A stretch of 64,000 nucleotides of DNA from Candidatus Pacearchaeota archaeon (GCA_041659945.1 JBAZXH010000001.1:262742-326741), one strand, 5' to 3'. Shown: positions 27,050-35,545, counted from the first letter of the stretch. Numbers and translations are program-made. Notes: generated by a model not told the origin, from the sequence alone.

Positions 27050-27466
27050 ATGAATAAACGTGGAGATGATTTATTAATTGAAAATTTAGTTGTTGTAGTT
27101 GTTGTTATTGTTTTTTTTGGTATGCTTTTGTTTTTTGTCGCTAGATCTAGTTCGGGTGGCGCTTTTTTGGGACAGTATTATTCTAAACAAGTAGGAGTTT
27201 TAATTGATGGTGGGAAACCAGGGACTCAGATAACTTTAGATGTAAGTGATGCTTATAAAGTTACAAGGAAAAATAATTTTGACTATCAAAAGATGGTTAA
27301 ATTTGAAGATAATAATGTTCTTTTTATGTTTGGTGATGGTAAGGAGTATAAGTTCCATTATTTTAGTGATGTTGAAGTTGAGGGACCAGTTTATTCTATT
27401 CTTGGAGAGACAAAAAACCCCCAAGTTCTTTTGAACTTTAAATTAAATTCTAAGAAAAATGTATAA
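27050..27466 (+). CDS. Pilin-like protein P5 (138 aa)
   Basis: MNKRGDDLLIENLVVVVVVIVFFGMLLFF. The start lies 1 nt after the P4 stop. Confidence 0.7.
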   Translation: MNKRGDDLLIENLVVVVVVIVFFGMLLFFVARSSSGGAFLGQYYSKQVGVLIDGGKPGTQITLDVSDAYKVTRKNNFDYQKMVKFEDNNVLFMFGDGKEYKFHYFSDVEVEGPVYSILGETKNPQVLLNFKLNSKKNV

Positions 27467-27965
27467 AATATCTAATAAAAGAGCTAATGTATTCTCTATT
27501 TGGTTACTTGTCATGTTTGTGTTAGTGGGAGGAGGTATAGCTATTAGTGTTATGTTCTTTTATTCTTATTCTTTAGATGTAAGAATTTACGAGGCAAAAG
27601 CCCTTTCGGAAAAAATAGTTGATTGTTTAGTTGTTAATGGATATATTAATGGAGAATTTGTTAAGAAAAATTCTATGGAATTTGATGTTTTAAGTTACTG
27701 TGGTTTGGACAAAAAATCTTTTAGTGAAGGATCTCCGTATTTTTTAAGATTAAAGTTAACTAGGGATTCGGAGGAGGTAAGGTACATTAAATTTGGTAAT
27801 TTTGCTATGGAAAAAGACTGTGAGATAAAACAAGGGCTTGTGGAATCAGATAAATTTCCAGATTGTATTAAAAAGTCTGTAATTGTTACGGACAGATCAA
27901 GAAATGAGTTTGTTTTAGAAGTTCTTTCAGGATCAAATAATCAGGGAGAGATAAGTCAAAAATGA
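27459..27965 (+). CDS. Pilin-like protein P6 (168 aa)
   Basis: MYKISNKRANVFSIWLLVMFVLVGGG. It overlaps P5 by 8 nt. Confidence 0.7.
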   Translation: MYKISNKRANVFSIWLLVMFVLVGGGIAISVMFFYSYSLDVRIYEAKALSEKIVDCLVVNGYINGEFVKKNSMEFDVLSYCGLDKKSFSEGSPYFLRLKLTRDSEEVRYIKFGNFAMEKDCEIKQGLVESDKFPDCIKKSVIVTDRSRNEFVLEVLSGSNNQGEISQK

Positions 27966-28516
27966 ATTTTAGACTAATGTTATCTAAAGGTAAGAAAGCA
28001 CAAATTTCAGAGGGCATGACCTGGCTAGCTGCGACATTTTTTGTTCTCTTAGCAATGGTTTTTTTTACGCTTTTAGTTGTTATGATTTTTTCACAAACCG
28101 ACAAAAAAATAGTTGATACAAGTCTTAAACCCTCTATTTCTAGTTTTTTTGTTCAAAATAGAGCAGTTATTTCTTTATGGTCTGATGATGAGTGTATCTG
28201 GACTGGAACTTATTTTGAGGAAACTGAGAAATGTAAACAGATAGATGTTCAAAAGAAATATGAAGATCTCTGTAATGTTCTTATGAATTATTTTAACAAC
28301 CCAGAGGTTTATTATAAGCATTTTTGTATTGAAACAAGAACTGACGATAAAAATGAAGTTATATCTATTATGATTGGTGACAAAACATGTGGGCTCAAGC
28401 CAAATGGTGAAACATGTATCTCTTCTGATATGCTTAATGTTTATGACTCAAATTATTTTATTTCAAAAGGAGGAAAACCAATAATAACTTTTTTTTATGA
28501 TGGAAAAACTAAATAA
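27962..28516 (+). CDS. Pilin-like protein P7 (184 aa)
   Basis: LSKGKKAQISEGMTWLAATFFVLLAMVFF. ATGA start/stop overlap with P6. Confidence 0.7.
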   Translation: MNFRLMLSKGKKAQISEGMTWLAATFFVLLAMVFFTLLVVMIFSQTDKKIVDTSLKPSISSFFVQNRAVISLWSDDECIWTGTYFEETEKCKQIDVQKKYEDLCNVLMNYFNNPEVYYKHFCIETRTDDKNEVISIMIGDKTCGLKPNGETCISSDMLNVYDSNYFISKGGKPIITFFYDGKTK

Positions 28517-29015
28517 GCGAGGTATGGTTTTAGCAATCGGTGTTTTTGTCCTAATGACCATGATTTTAATTGGAGCTGCACTTTTTTATTTTATTACTGA
28601 AAAGAGTAAAATTGACAAGCGGTTTGAGGGTTCTAGTGTTTTGGAGGAGGTTTACGCTAAGGAGAATCTGATTAATTTTTATGTTCAAGACATATTGGAT
28701 AAGGCTGTTCAGTCTAAGCCGAAAACTAGTCAAGAGTTGATTATTGCGTTAAAAAGTTCGATTGGTAGTTATAATATAAATAATCCTAATCCTCTAACTA
28801 TTGAAGAATCGCAGAATCCGTCAAAATACTTTTTTATGCCAGAACTTTTGCAGGTTGAGAATCAAATTGATTTTCCTGATAGGGTTAAAATTCAAAATAA
28901 CAAAGCTTTTTTTACAGTTGATATTTCACTGAAAAAGGAGATTTTTTATAAGGGTAAGAAAAATTTTGATGTTACCTATGTTTACACCAAAACTTTTGAA
29001 TCAGAGATTTCTTAA
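28497..29015 (+). CDS. Pilin-like protein P8 (172 aa)
   Basis: MMEKLNKRGMVLAIGVFVLMTMILIGAALF. It overlaps the P7 3' end. Confidence 0.7.
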   Translation: MMEKLNKRGMVLAIGVFVLMTMILIGAALFYFITEKSKIDKRFEGSSVLEEVYAKENLINFYVQDILDKAVQSKPKTSQELIIALKSSIGSYNINNPNPLTIEESQNPSKYFFMPELLQVENQIDFPDRVKIQNNKAFFTVDISLKKEIFYKGKKNFDVTYVYTKTFESEIS

Positions 29016-29028
29016 TAAAAGAATAATT

Positions 29029-29045
29029 TACGAAATATTTATAAA
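29029..29045 (+). promoter_or_regulatory. BRE/TATA promoter upstream of P9; 17-mer identical to the promoter at 34602
   Basis: tacgaaatatttataaa occurs identically at 29029-29045 and 34602-34618. Confidence 0.45.
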
Positions 29046-29082
29046 GGAGCTTTAGTTTGTTTTGTTATAAAAAGAGTTTAAG

Positions 29083-29781
29083 ATGAGATCAATAGTTAAT
29101 AAAAGGGGAGATACAAATTGGGGTATGATTGCTAGCGGATTGCTAGTTGCTCTTGCAGTAATTTTCGCATTCTTATTTTTTAGTGGCGCCTGGGGTAAAA
29201 TTTTGAATTGGTTAGGTGCTGTTCCAGGAGATACTTTACAAACAACTTTAGAAGGATGTAAAATTCGTTCAATGCCTTCATATACTTTACCAATTGAGTT
29301 TTGTAAGTTCAGATTAGTTAAGTTAGATGATCCTATTAGTAAGTCTGTTTATTTGACGTGCGAATATCCTCCGATTTATAGCCAACTTCCTGTTGAAAAC
29401 AGAGAGGCTGTTAATTGTAATAATCCAAAAGATCTTAATGAAAGAGTAAAAGATCTTTGCGATAGTCAAAAGACCAAGTTTACAGATGCAGCAGGCAAGA
29501 TAGAGGTAGCAAAATTACAAAAGGTTTTTGTTGCTAAGGCTGATGGAACTGTAGTTAATTGTGATGCCTTTTTAGCAGGAGTTGGTGGAACTCCTGATGC
29601 AACTACTAACAAAAAGAATTGTGTTGGTGCTGATGGTTGGAATGGAAACTGGTACGCTCTTAGTTGTCCTAGTCCTGCAACTGCTGGAAGTTCGGGTACT
29701 TGGGTTCAAATTGAACCTTCTAAAATAACTGATGCAGATCTTAATGCTAATGCAGGAAAGGTTTGTTGTAAAGCTGCTTAA
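29083..29781 (+). CDS. Pilin-like protein P9 (232 aa), Cys-rich ectodomain ending in CCKAA
   Basis: MRSIVNKRGDTNWGMIASGLLVALAVIFAF has an N-terminus paralogous to P1. There are at least 12 Cys residues in the ectodomain. Confidence 0.75.
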   Translation: MRSIVNKRGDTNWGMIASGLLVALAVIFAFLFFSGAWGKILNWLGAVPGDTLQTTLEGCKIRSMPSYTLPIEFCKFRLVKLDDPISKSVYLTCEYPPIYSQLPVENREAVNCNNPKDLNERVKDLCDSQKTKFTDAAGKIEVAKLQKVFVAKADGTVVNCDAFLAGVGGTPDATTNKKNCVGADGWNGNWYALSCPSPATAGSSGTWVQIEPSKITDADLNANAGKVCCKAA

Positions 29782-29923
29782 TCCTTTCTAAAAACATTTA
29801 AATATCTTGGATAATTTTTATTAATATGGGAGATGAACCCATAAAGTTCAAAAGAACTTTAGGCCCCAAAATCCAAAAGGATTTTTAGGGTTTTTAAAAG
29901 GTTCCCAAACCTAGAAAGAAAAA

Positions 29924-30049
29924 ATGACAAGTGATTATGGTTTTGCTGGCAAGAGAACAACAAAGAAAGATCTAAGAACTAAAAGCAAGAATAGAGTTTA
30001 TAAGCGTGGTGGAAAGAATAGAACTAAGTGCTTAGACGGCTGTTGTTAA
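29924..30049 (+). CDS. Possible very basic mini-protein (41 aa) ending in CLDGCC (not in the ORF track)
   Basis: MTSDYGFAGKRTTKKDLRTKSKNRVYKRGGKNRTKCLDGCC. gtttttaaaagg lies ~27 nt upstream of the ATG and a T-tract follows the stop. No homology recognised. Confidence 0.3.
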   Translation: MTSDYGFAGKRTTKKDLRTKSKNRVYKRGGKNRTKCLDGCC

Positions 30050-30073
30050 TGCTTTCTTTTTGAAGAGAGGTTT

Positions 30074-30197
30074 TGAAAATATAAAGACAATTGTTCACAT
30101 CCGTTCACATTACTTCTGTAAGTTTTAGTTAATTTAACAGTTGACTTTTATTGTACTGATTAATTATTAAATCTTTTAACCTTAAACTTTAAATTTT
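30074..30197. repeat. Conserved intergenic element, copy 2
   Basis: See copy 1 at 13072-13172. It shares the TATA-like head, the identical 19-mer (30112-30130) and the 3' aaactttaaatttt followed by a T5 run. Confidence 0.45.
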
Positions 30198-30271
30198 TAT
30201 CTTATTAAAAATTTGTTAAGGTGATATTTTCAGAGAATGTTACTTTTTCAAAATATTATCTTTTTAAATAA

Positions 30272-31129
30272 TCAATACATTAATCCTAAGATTTTGTAAA
30301 TACCTACATAGTTAACAATTATAAGTACAATAAATGCAAATAGGAACGAAGGGCTAAAGGGTATACCATATTTTACTAGAACTTTATTTTTGTAGTTTTT
30401 TTGTAGAAACTCTAGGTCACTTTCACTAATTCCTTCCCAATTTGAGGCGATTTTTCTATCTTTGACTTCTAAATCTTTAACTAACCAATCACCTATTGTA
30501 ATTTTATCAACTGATACCCATTTTACCATGCAGCACTGTTCAATGGCTTTTGTGTAGATGTAAAGCAGGGGCATTAGTAGGATCAGAAAGGAAAATACTA
30601 AGAATAATAACGAATTTCCTCTTGCAAGTAAAATAATAAAAAAAGCAAGGATAAAAGCAATGCCTAGACCAATGAATAATAGGCCTTTATTTTTATTAAA
30701 TTGTTTTTCTAGTTCAATCTTAAAACTCTTTTTATTTTTCAATGCTAGAACACCACTGTAAACTAAACTGTAAATTCCTCCTAAAAAGAGTAGAGCCATG
30801 ATAAAGATCATTGCATAGACTATATTTTCTAGCCAGCTAAGAGAGAGTGGAACTATAACTCCAAATGCTATAAATAACTTAGCATCTCCTCCTGCAAATA
30901 ACCTAGCATGGTAAAATAAATGTCCTAGTAGGAAGAATATTCCTAGGCCAATAAGTCCAAAAAGAAACCACCAGTAGTTATTTGAAAATAAACTGTAGAA
31001 TAATCTGATTACTAAAACAAAAATTATTAAACTAAAACTTATCCAATTTGCAATTTCTCTTGATTTTAAATCTTGGATATTTGCAAAAATAACCCAGATC
31101 AATACTAGTGCAATTAATAGTTCTATCAT
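30272..31129 (-). CDS. A24-family prepilin/preflagellin peptidase (PibD/FlaK/EppA-like) with an extra C-terminal soluble domain and terminal TM
   Basis: The first catalytic-Asp context is NIQDLKSREIAN and the second is FAGGDAKLFIAFG (GxGD-type). The core is polytopic. About 80 aa of extra sequence (ITIGDWLVKDLEVKD...) precede the last TM. Confidence 0.8.
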   Translation of the reverse strand: MIELLIALVLIWVIFANIQDLKSREIANWISFSLIIFVLVIRLFYSLFSNNYWWFLFGLIGLGIFFLLGHLFYHARLFAGGDAKLFIAFGVIVPLSLSWLENIVYAMIFIMALLFLGGIYSLVYSGVLALKNKKSFKIELEKQFNKNKGLLFIGLGIAFILAFFIILLARGNSLLFLVFSFLILLMPLLYIYTKAIEQCCMVKWVSVDKITIGDWLVKDLEVKDRKIASNWEGISESDLEFLQKNYKNKVLVKYGIPFSPSFLFAFIVLIIVNYVGIYKILGLMY

Positions 31130-31179
31130 CAGAATACTAAAATAAAAACATTAATAAAGGTTTTTAACTAAAAGGATTA

Positions 31180-32196
31180 ATGAAAAAGAGGGGAAAGGAG
31201 GATAAAGCTAGTTACATAAGGAAGTATGTTTATTTAGGAGTGATACTTGCGCTAGTTGTTTTATGTTACTTTATACTTAGAGATTTTTTAATATCTTTTA
31301 TTGCCGCATTTATTTTTGCATATTTACTTAAGCCTTTGCAAAAAAGATTATCAAAACATTTGCCTAAAAAATTATCTGCTTTGATAATTATAATTTGGCT
31401 TTTGATAATCTTGGTTGCGCTTTTAGTATTATTTTCTTATTCACTAATAAGTCAGTTTTCAAAGTTTATAGCAGTCTTTTCATGGGATCAAATTTTTTCT
31501 CTATTTTCACAATTGCCCTATTATGAGTCTTTGGCTCAGAATTTAGATGTTTTCACAAGTAAAATTGGAGAGTCTTTATTTTCTATGGTTTACTCTTTAA
31601 TTTCTTCTATCCCAAATATGGTAATAAACATGTTAATTATTGTATTTACAACTTATTATCTGTTGATTGATCTGGAGAAAATTGAAGCCAAAATAGCGAG
31701 CATCATTCCATTTAAGAATAAGAAAGAGATTTTAGCTGATGCTGAAAAAATTTCAAAAGAAGTAATCTATGGAACTCTTATCATAGCTTTGATTGAAACA
31801 GCTGTCGCCATAGTTGCATTTAAGCTGCTGGGGATTTCATTTTACCTTGTGTTGGGTTTGTTAATTGGACTTTTGGCATTTATTCCTTTGTTAGGCCCGA
31901 TTTTAATCTGGGGGCCATTGGCATTATATGAACTTGCTGCTAAAGATTATACCTCGGCCATAGGAGTATTAATTGTAGGTTTAATAATTAGTATTGGCAT
32001 TGATTTTTTCCTTAAGGTAAAAATTCTTGGTCAAAGAACAAAAATACATCCAGTTATAATGCTTTTGGGAGTTTTAGGAGGAGTTAAGTTATTTGGTTTA
32101 ATGGGGTTTATTATAGGTCCACTAATCCTTGGGACAGCAATTATTATTTTTTCAAATATTCATAAAGAAAAAGAAAAGCAGAAAAAGAGGAGATAG
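31180..32196 (+). CDS. AI-2E/PerM (UPF0118) family transporter
   Basis: 338 aa with ~8 TM. The layout is typical, including the LLAFIPLLGPILIWGPLAL segment. Confidence 0.65.
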   Translation: MKKRGKEDKASYIRKYVYLGVILALVVLCYFILRDFLISFIAAFIFAYLLKPLQKRLSKHLPKKLSALIIIIWLLIILVALLVLFSYSLISQFSKFIAVFSWDQIFSLFSQLPYYESLAQNLDVFTSKIGESLFSMVYSLISSIPNMVINMLIIVFTTYYLLIDLEKIEAKIASIIPFKNKKEILADAEKISKEVIYGTLIIALIETAVAIVAFKLLGISFYLVLGLLIGLLAFIPLLGPILIWGPLALYELAAKDYTSAIGVLIVGLIISIGIDFFLKVKILGQRTKIHPVIMLLGVLGGVKLFGLMGFIIGPLILGTAIIIFSNIHKEKEKQKKRR

Positions 32197-32385
32197 TTAG
32201 TTTTTATTGTTTGTTTCAATGACTGAGATTATATTAACAAAGATAGAGATAAATAGTCCTATGAAACTAATGATTAGTTCATTTAGCTTAAAACAAGAGG
32301 TGTTTATAGAACCAACTAGAATATAGATTAATATCCCAAAGTTTATTATATGAGATAAAACAGAGAGAGGATTTGTTAATCTCAT
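32197..32385 (-). CDS. Small membrane protein (62 aa)
   Basis: Two hydrophobic segments. It lies immediately downstream of the 36-aa ORF. Confidence 0.35.
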   Translation of the reverse strand: MRLTNPLSVLSHIINFGILIYILVGSINTSCFKLNELIISFIGLFISIFVNIISVIETNNKN

Positions 32386-32386
32386 C

Positions 32387-32497
32387 TTAACCAGCTTTTG
32401 TAAGTTTTATAATTATTCCATAAGCTAGTAGGGCTAAGGCAATAAATCCAAGAATCCAGGCAATTGTCTGTAAAAGTTTTAATGTCCTCTTTTTCAT
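32387..32497 (-). CDS. Mini membrane protein (36 aa; not in the ORF track)
   Basis: MKKRTLKLLQTIAWILGFIALALLAYGIIIKLTKAG. A TATA-like aaatatataaat lies upstream on the minus strand. The stop is 1 nt before the next ORF start. Confidence 0.35.
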   Translation of the reverse strand: MKKRTLKLLQTIAWILGFIALALLAYGIIIKLTKAG

Positions 32498-32598
32498 ATA
32501 TTTAATTTACTTTTTGATATTTATATATTTATTGAATCTAAGGAATTCTAATTGGATATGTGGGAGAACCAAGTTTCTCCTAACACTACCTCTCCTTT

Positions 32599-33288
32599 TT
32601 ATGGTATTCTTATGGGATACTTTGGTAAACTTCGTAATTCTTCTTCTGGAGAAATCTTTTTTTCGGTTTTAGGTCGAGGTTTTCTTGGAGTTTTTTCTTT
32701 TTCTTTTATTTCTAAAATTTTTTGAAGAGTTTTTAGTTGTTCTTCATCTGCTTTTTGGCGAGGTGTTTCTAAATTTTCGTTATCGTATATTGGCAGAACA
32801 TTAATGACTCCATGATTAAGGACTTCTTTAGTTATTATGTCAATCTTTTGAGGATTTAATTTTTCTTTTATTTTTTTAGCAACTTGCTTTGCTAGAGAGT
32901 CTGTTTGTTTGGGAATTTCGCTTTTATTTTTATGTTCTTTTGGGATAATTAGAACATGCCCATTTGAAGCAGGATTTATTTCAAGAATTGCTATTGAATC
33001 TTTGTTTTCTGCAATTTTATAACTGGGTATTTTGCCTTGGTTGATTAGGCAGAAAATACATTCTTGTTGAATTGACTCTTTTTTGGTATTTGAACCTGAA
33101 TCTGAATTATCTTCACTATCAGCTGATTTGACTTTTATAAGATTGTTTTTTATAAGAAATTCCTCTAATTCTTCATCACCCAAAGAGTTTATTTGTTTCT
33201 TTGCAGTTTCTCTTTGGGATTCTGGCCAGGATTCTAACTGGCTGAAGATTTGTTCTTTTATTTGCTTTATTTGTTCAGGAGGTAGCAT
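32599..33288 (-). CDS. HIT-like protein with a degenerate histidine triad and acidic N- and basic C-terminal extensions
   Basis: ECIFCLI...AILEINPASNGHVLIIPKEH matches the HIT-fold N-terminal half. The position of the HxHxHxx triad reads LNHGVINVLP. Confidence 0.55.
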   Translation of the reverse strand: MLPPEQIKQIKEQIFSQLESWPESQRETAKKQINSLGDEELEEFLIKNNLIKVKSADSEDNSDSGSNTKKESIQQECIFCLINQGKIPSYKIAENKDSIAILEINPASNGHVLIIPKEHKNKSEIPKQTDSLAKQVAKKIKEKLNPQKIDIITKEVLNHGVINVLPIYDNENLETPRQKADEEQLKTLQKILEIKEKEKTPRKPRPKTEKKISPEEELRSLPKYPIRIP

Positions 33289-33405
33289 GTTTTTTTCAAT
33301 TGTAGGAAGTTTATATACTTTTATTTCTAGTTAGTTTTGTGACTACTTGATTTAACACAAACTTTAAATATGGTTTTTAACTAAGATTATTAATAAAGAG
33401 GCAAT

Positions 33406-33678
33406 ATGAATAAGGTAATTGGTTATGTGTTAGCTATTGTAGGGATTGTTTTATTGGCTTTGACTGTAAATCCGATAAAAAATAATAGCTTTGTAGTAAA
33501 AATACTTCCATTTATTCAGAGTGTTCCAAATTATGTTTTAATCGGTATTGGACTTGTTTTAGTAATTCTTGCATTTTTAATTATAAGGCAATTTGGTGGC
33601 GATTCTAAACAACCTGTGGAAGTTCCAATTTACCAAGGAAAGAATGTTGTTGGATTTAGAAGAATGGGTAAGAAATAA
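33406..33678 (+). CDS. Small two-TM membrane protein (90 aa)
   Basis: Two hydrophobic helices and a basic C-terminal tail (EVPIYQGKNVVGFRRMGKK). Confidence 0.5.
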   Translation: MNKVIGYVLAIVGIVLLALTVNPIKNNSFVVKILPFIQSVPNYVLIGIGLVLVILAFLIIRQFGGDSKQPVEVPIYQGKNVVGFRRMGKK

Positions 33679-33718
33679 TTTTTTAACTTAGTAAGTAAGT
33701 TTTGATCTTATATTTTAA

Positions 33719-34534
33719 TTAAGGAGGAGTAGTCTCTCTAATATTTTTTGCTCCTAATCTATAAAGTCTTCTTAATATCCTTTTTTGTTTTGCTTCTGAT
33801 TCTTTTGACTTTACTGCCAGAGCCTCTTGATATTCTCTTTGAAGATTAACTATTTCATTCCCTCTTGCATCTTCTTCCCATTGTTTTAGTTCTGCTCCCT
33901 TGAAGTAAGCAGCAATTCGCCGATCGAAAATAACTGTAACTACAATAACGATGAACATGATAAGATATATTTGGTTTCCTATATCTCCTATTTTATCTGT
34001 TTTATATGACCATAGCACGAAAATAACAACTCCGAAAAATATCCATGCAAGTTTTCTGGCTACACCTGGCAAACCCCACTGATAAATAAAATAACCAAAT
34101 ATTATAAACGGAATGCTGGTACCCATAGCTATTCCAACTGCACCATAGGGAAGGATTATTGCATTGATTATATCGTTATCTGCAATAAATCTTACAGCAA
34201 TTATGGAGACTATTGCTGATATTATTAGGGGAATTTTATTTCCGTAATCTTTGAAAAGGGGAACATTAACTAGTGCAGCATAGATTAATATAGAGAGTAA
34301 AATGAAAAATAGTATTTTTGTAAAAAAGATTTCACCAGTGCTATAGTCTCCTAGAAGGTATTGAAAAACTGGTGTGAAAAAACTAGTTACCTGTTCTATT
34401 ATCTGGCGCATTCCCTCGCCAAGATTAATATACCACATTCCTCCACCTCCATAATACTGTGCACTTACCAACGGAACTATAACTGAAGAGAGTAGTAATA
34501 TACCAATTACTAACATCAACACTCTTTTTTTCAT
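33719..34534 (-). CDS. Signal-peptide-bearing polytopic membrane protein, family member B1
   Basis: Sec-type signal MKKRVLMLVIGILLLSSVIVPLVSA. Core KILFFILLSILIYAALVNVP ... YGAVGIAMGTSIPFIIFGYF. C-terminal charged helix. Confidence 0.7.
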   Translation of the reverse strand: MKKRVLMLVIGILLLSSVIVPLVSAQYYGGGGMWYINLGEGMRQIIEQVTSFFTPVFQYLLGDYSTGEIFFTKILFFILLSILIYAALVNVPLFKDYGNKIPLIISAIVSIIAVRFIADNDIINAIILPYGAVGIAMGTSIPFIIFGYFIYQWGLPGVARKLAWIFFGVVIFVLWSYKTDKIGDIGNQIYLIMFIVIVVTVIFDRRIAAYFKGAELKQWEEDARGNEIVNLQREYQEALAVKSKESEAKQKRILRRLYRLGAKNIRETTPP

Positions 34535-34601
34535 ATGATACTTAGCAATATTAAGTTTAAAAAGATTCCTTTAATCTGTTATTTTTAGGAAAAGGGCAAT
34601 G

Positions 34602-34618
34602 TACGAAATATTTATAAA
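34602..34618 (+). promoter_or_regulatory. BRE/TATA promoter of B2 (identical 17-mer to 29029-29045)
   Basis: tacgaaatatttataaa, with the TATA ~26 nt upstream of the ATG at 34640. Confidence 0.5.
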
Positions 34619-34639
34619 CTAGATTTTTTTAGATATATT

Positions 34640-35545
34640 ATGATGGTGACAAAAAAGAGGATGAATAAGAGTGCTATTTTATTAGTGTTATTGTTGATTT
34701 CTACATTTATTATTTCTACTTATTTTGTAAGTGCAGTAACTGTTCCTCCAACAATAACTCAAGATTCTGGCATGTATAACACTCTCTTTGGTAATGTTGT
34801 TTTTAAACCAGTGCAAGAGTTTTGGCAAGGTTGGAGTACTGGAGAAGGAATTAATTTGAATGTGGCTAAAATTTTGTTGTTGATTATTATTACTTTGATT
34901 GTTTATGCGGTTCTTAGTAGTATTCCAACTCTTGAAAGTGCTTTGTTTAGTGAGGATAGTAAAATTTTGGGTATGCTGCTTTCTTTGGTTATTGGTATTT
35001 TATCAACAATTTATTTAACACCTAAGGATGTTTTTGTTACAATAATGAGTTATAATGCTTTGGGTATTACTCTGGGTATAGCTATACCTTTCTTGATACT
35101 TCTTACTTTTAGTACTAAGATTTTACTTTCAAATATTACTAGAAGTAGTGCAGCAAATGCCTTTGAAAAGAGATTACTTACTAGATTATCTCTTTATCCT
35201 CTTTGGATTATATTCTTATTTTACCAGGCATATAGGCTTTTACAGTTGTTTGGGGGAATTGAAGTAGATCCTAATGTGGCAAATCAATTATCTTCTTTGG
35301 CTTCTAGTGGTTTTTCAGGAGTTGTTTTATGGATAACATTTGGTTTATTCCTTGCATCACTTTTGTTTATAATATGCATGGGTTGGATTTCTAGAAGAAT
35401 GGGTAAATATGCATTAAGAGGAATGCTTAACGATATAAATACAAATTCTAACGTTGCTGGAGCAGGATTTGAAGCATTGCGAAATATTGGAATGACTGCT
35501 GCAGGAGCACCTGCGCCAACATTTACAAGAGGAAGAAGAGTTTAA
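34640..35545 (+). CDS. Signal-peptide-bearing polytopic membrane protein, family member B2
   Basis: Signal ...LLISTFIISTYFVSA. Core AKILLLIIITLIVYAVLSSIP ... YNALGITLGIAIPFLILLTF. G/A/P-rich C-terminal tail. Confidence 0.7.
   Translation: MMVTKKRMNKSAILLVLLLISTFIISTYFVSAVTVPPTITQDSGMYNTLFGNVVFKPVQEFWQGWSTGEGINLNVAKILLLIIITLIVYAVLSSIPTLESALFSEDSKILGMLLSLVIGILSTIYLTPKDVFVTIMSYNALGITLGIAIPFLILLTFSTKILLSNITRSSAANAFEKRLLTRLSLYPLWIIFLFYQAYRLLQLFGGIEVDPNVANQLSSLASSGFSGVVLWITFGLFLASLLFIICMGWISRRMGKYALRGMLNDINTNSNVAGAGFEALRNIGMTAAGAPAPTFTRGRRV

Noticed and set aside
29782-30271. Long AT-rich spacer considered as a replication origin
   Set aside because: No ORB-like inverted repeats were recognised and there is no adjacent orc1/cdc6 gene. 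The content is better explained by a mini-ORF plus the conserved element.
14893-31129. Interpretation of the ATPase/platform/peptidase locus as an archaellum (motility) operon
   Set aside because: There are no archaellin-like genes with the conserved archaellin N-terminus, and no FlaH-, FlaF-, FlaG- or FlaCDE-like genes. The substrates are heterogeneous and Cys-rich, which fits an adhesive pilus better.
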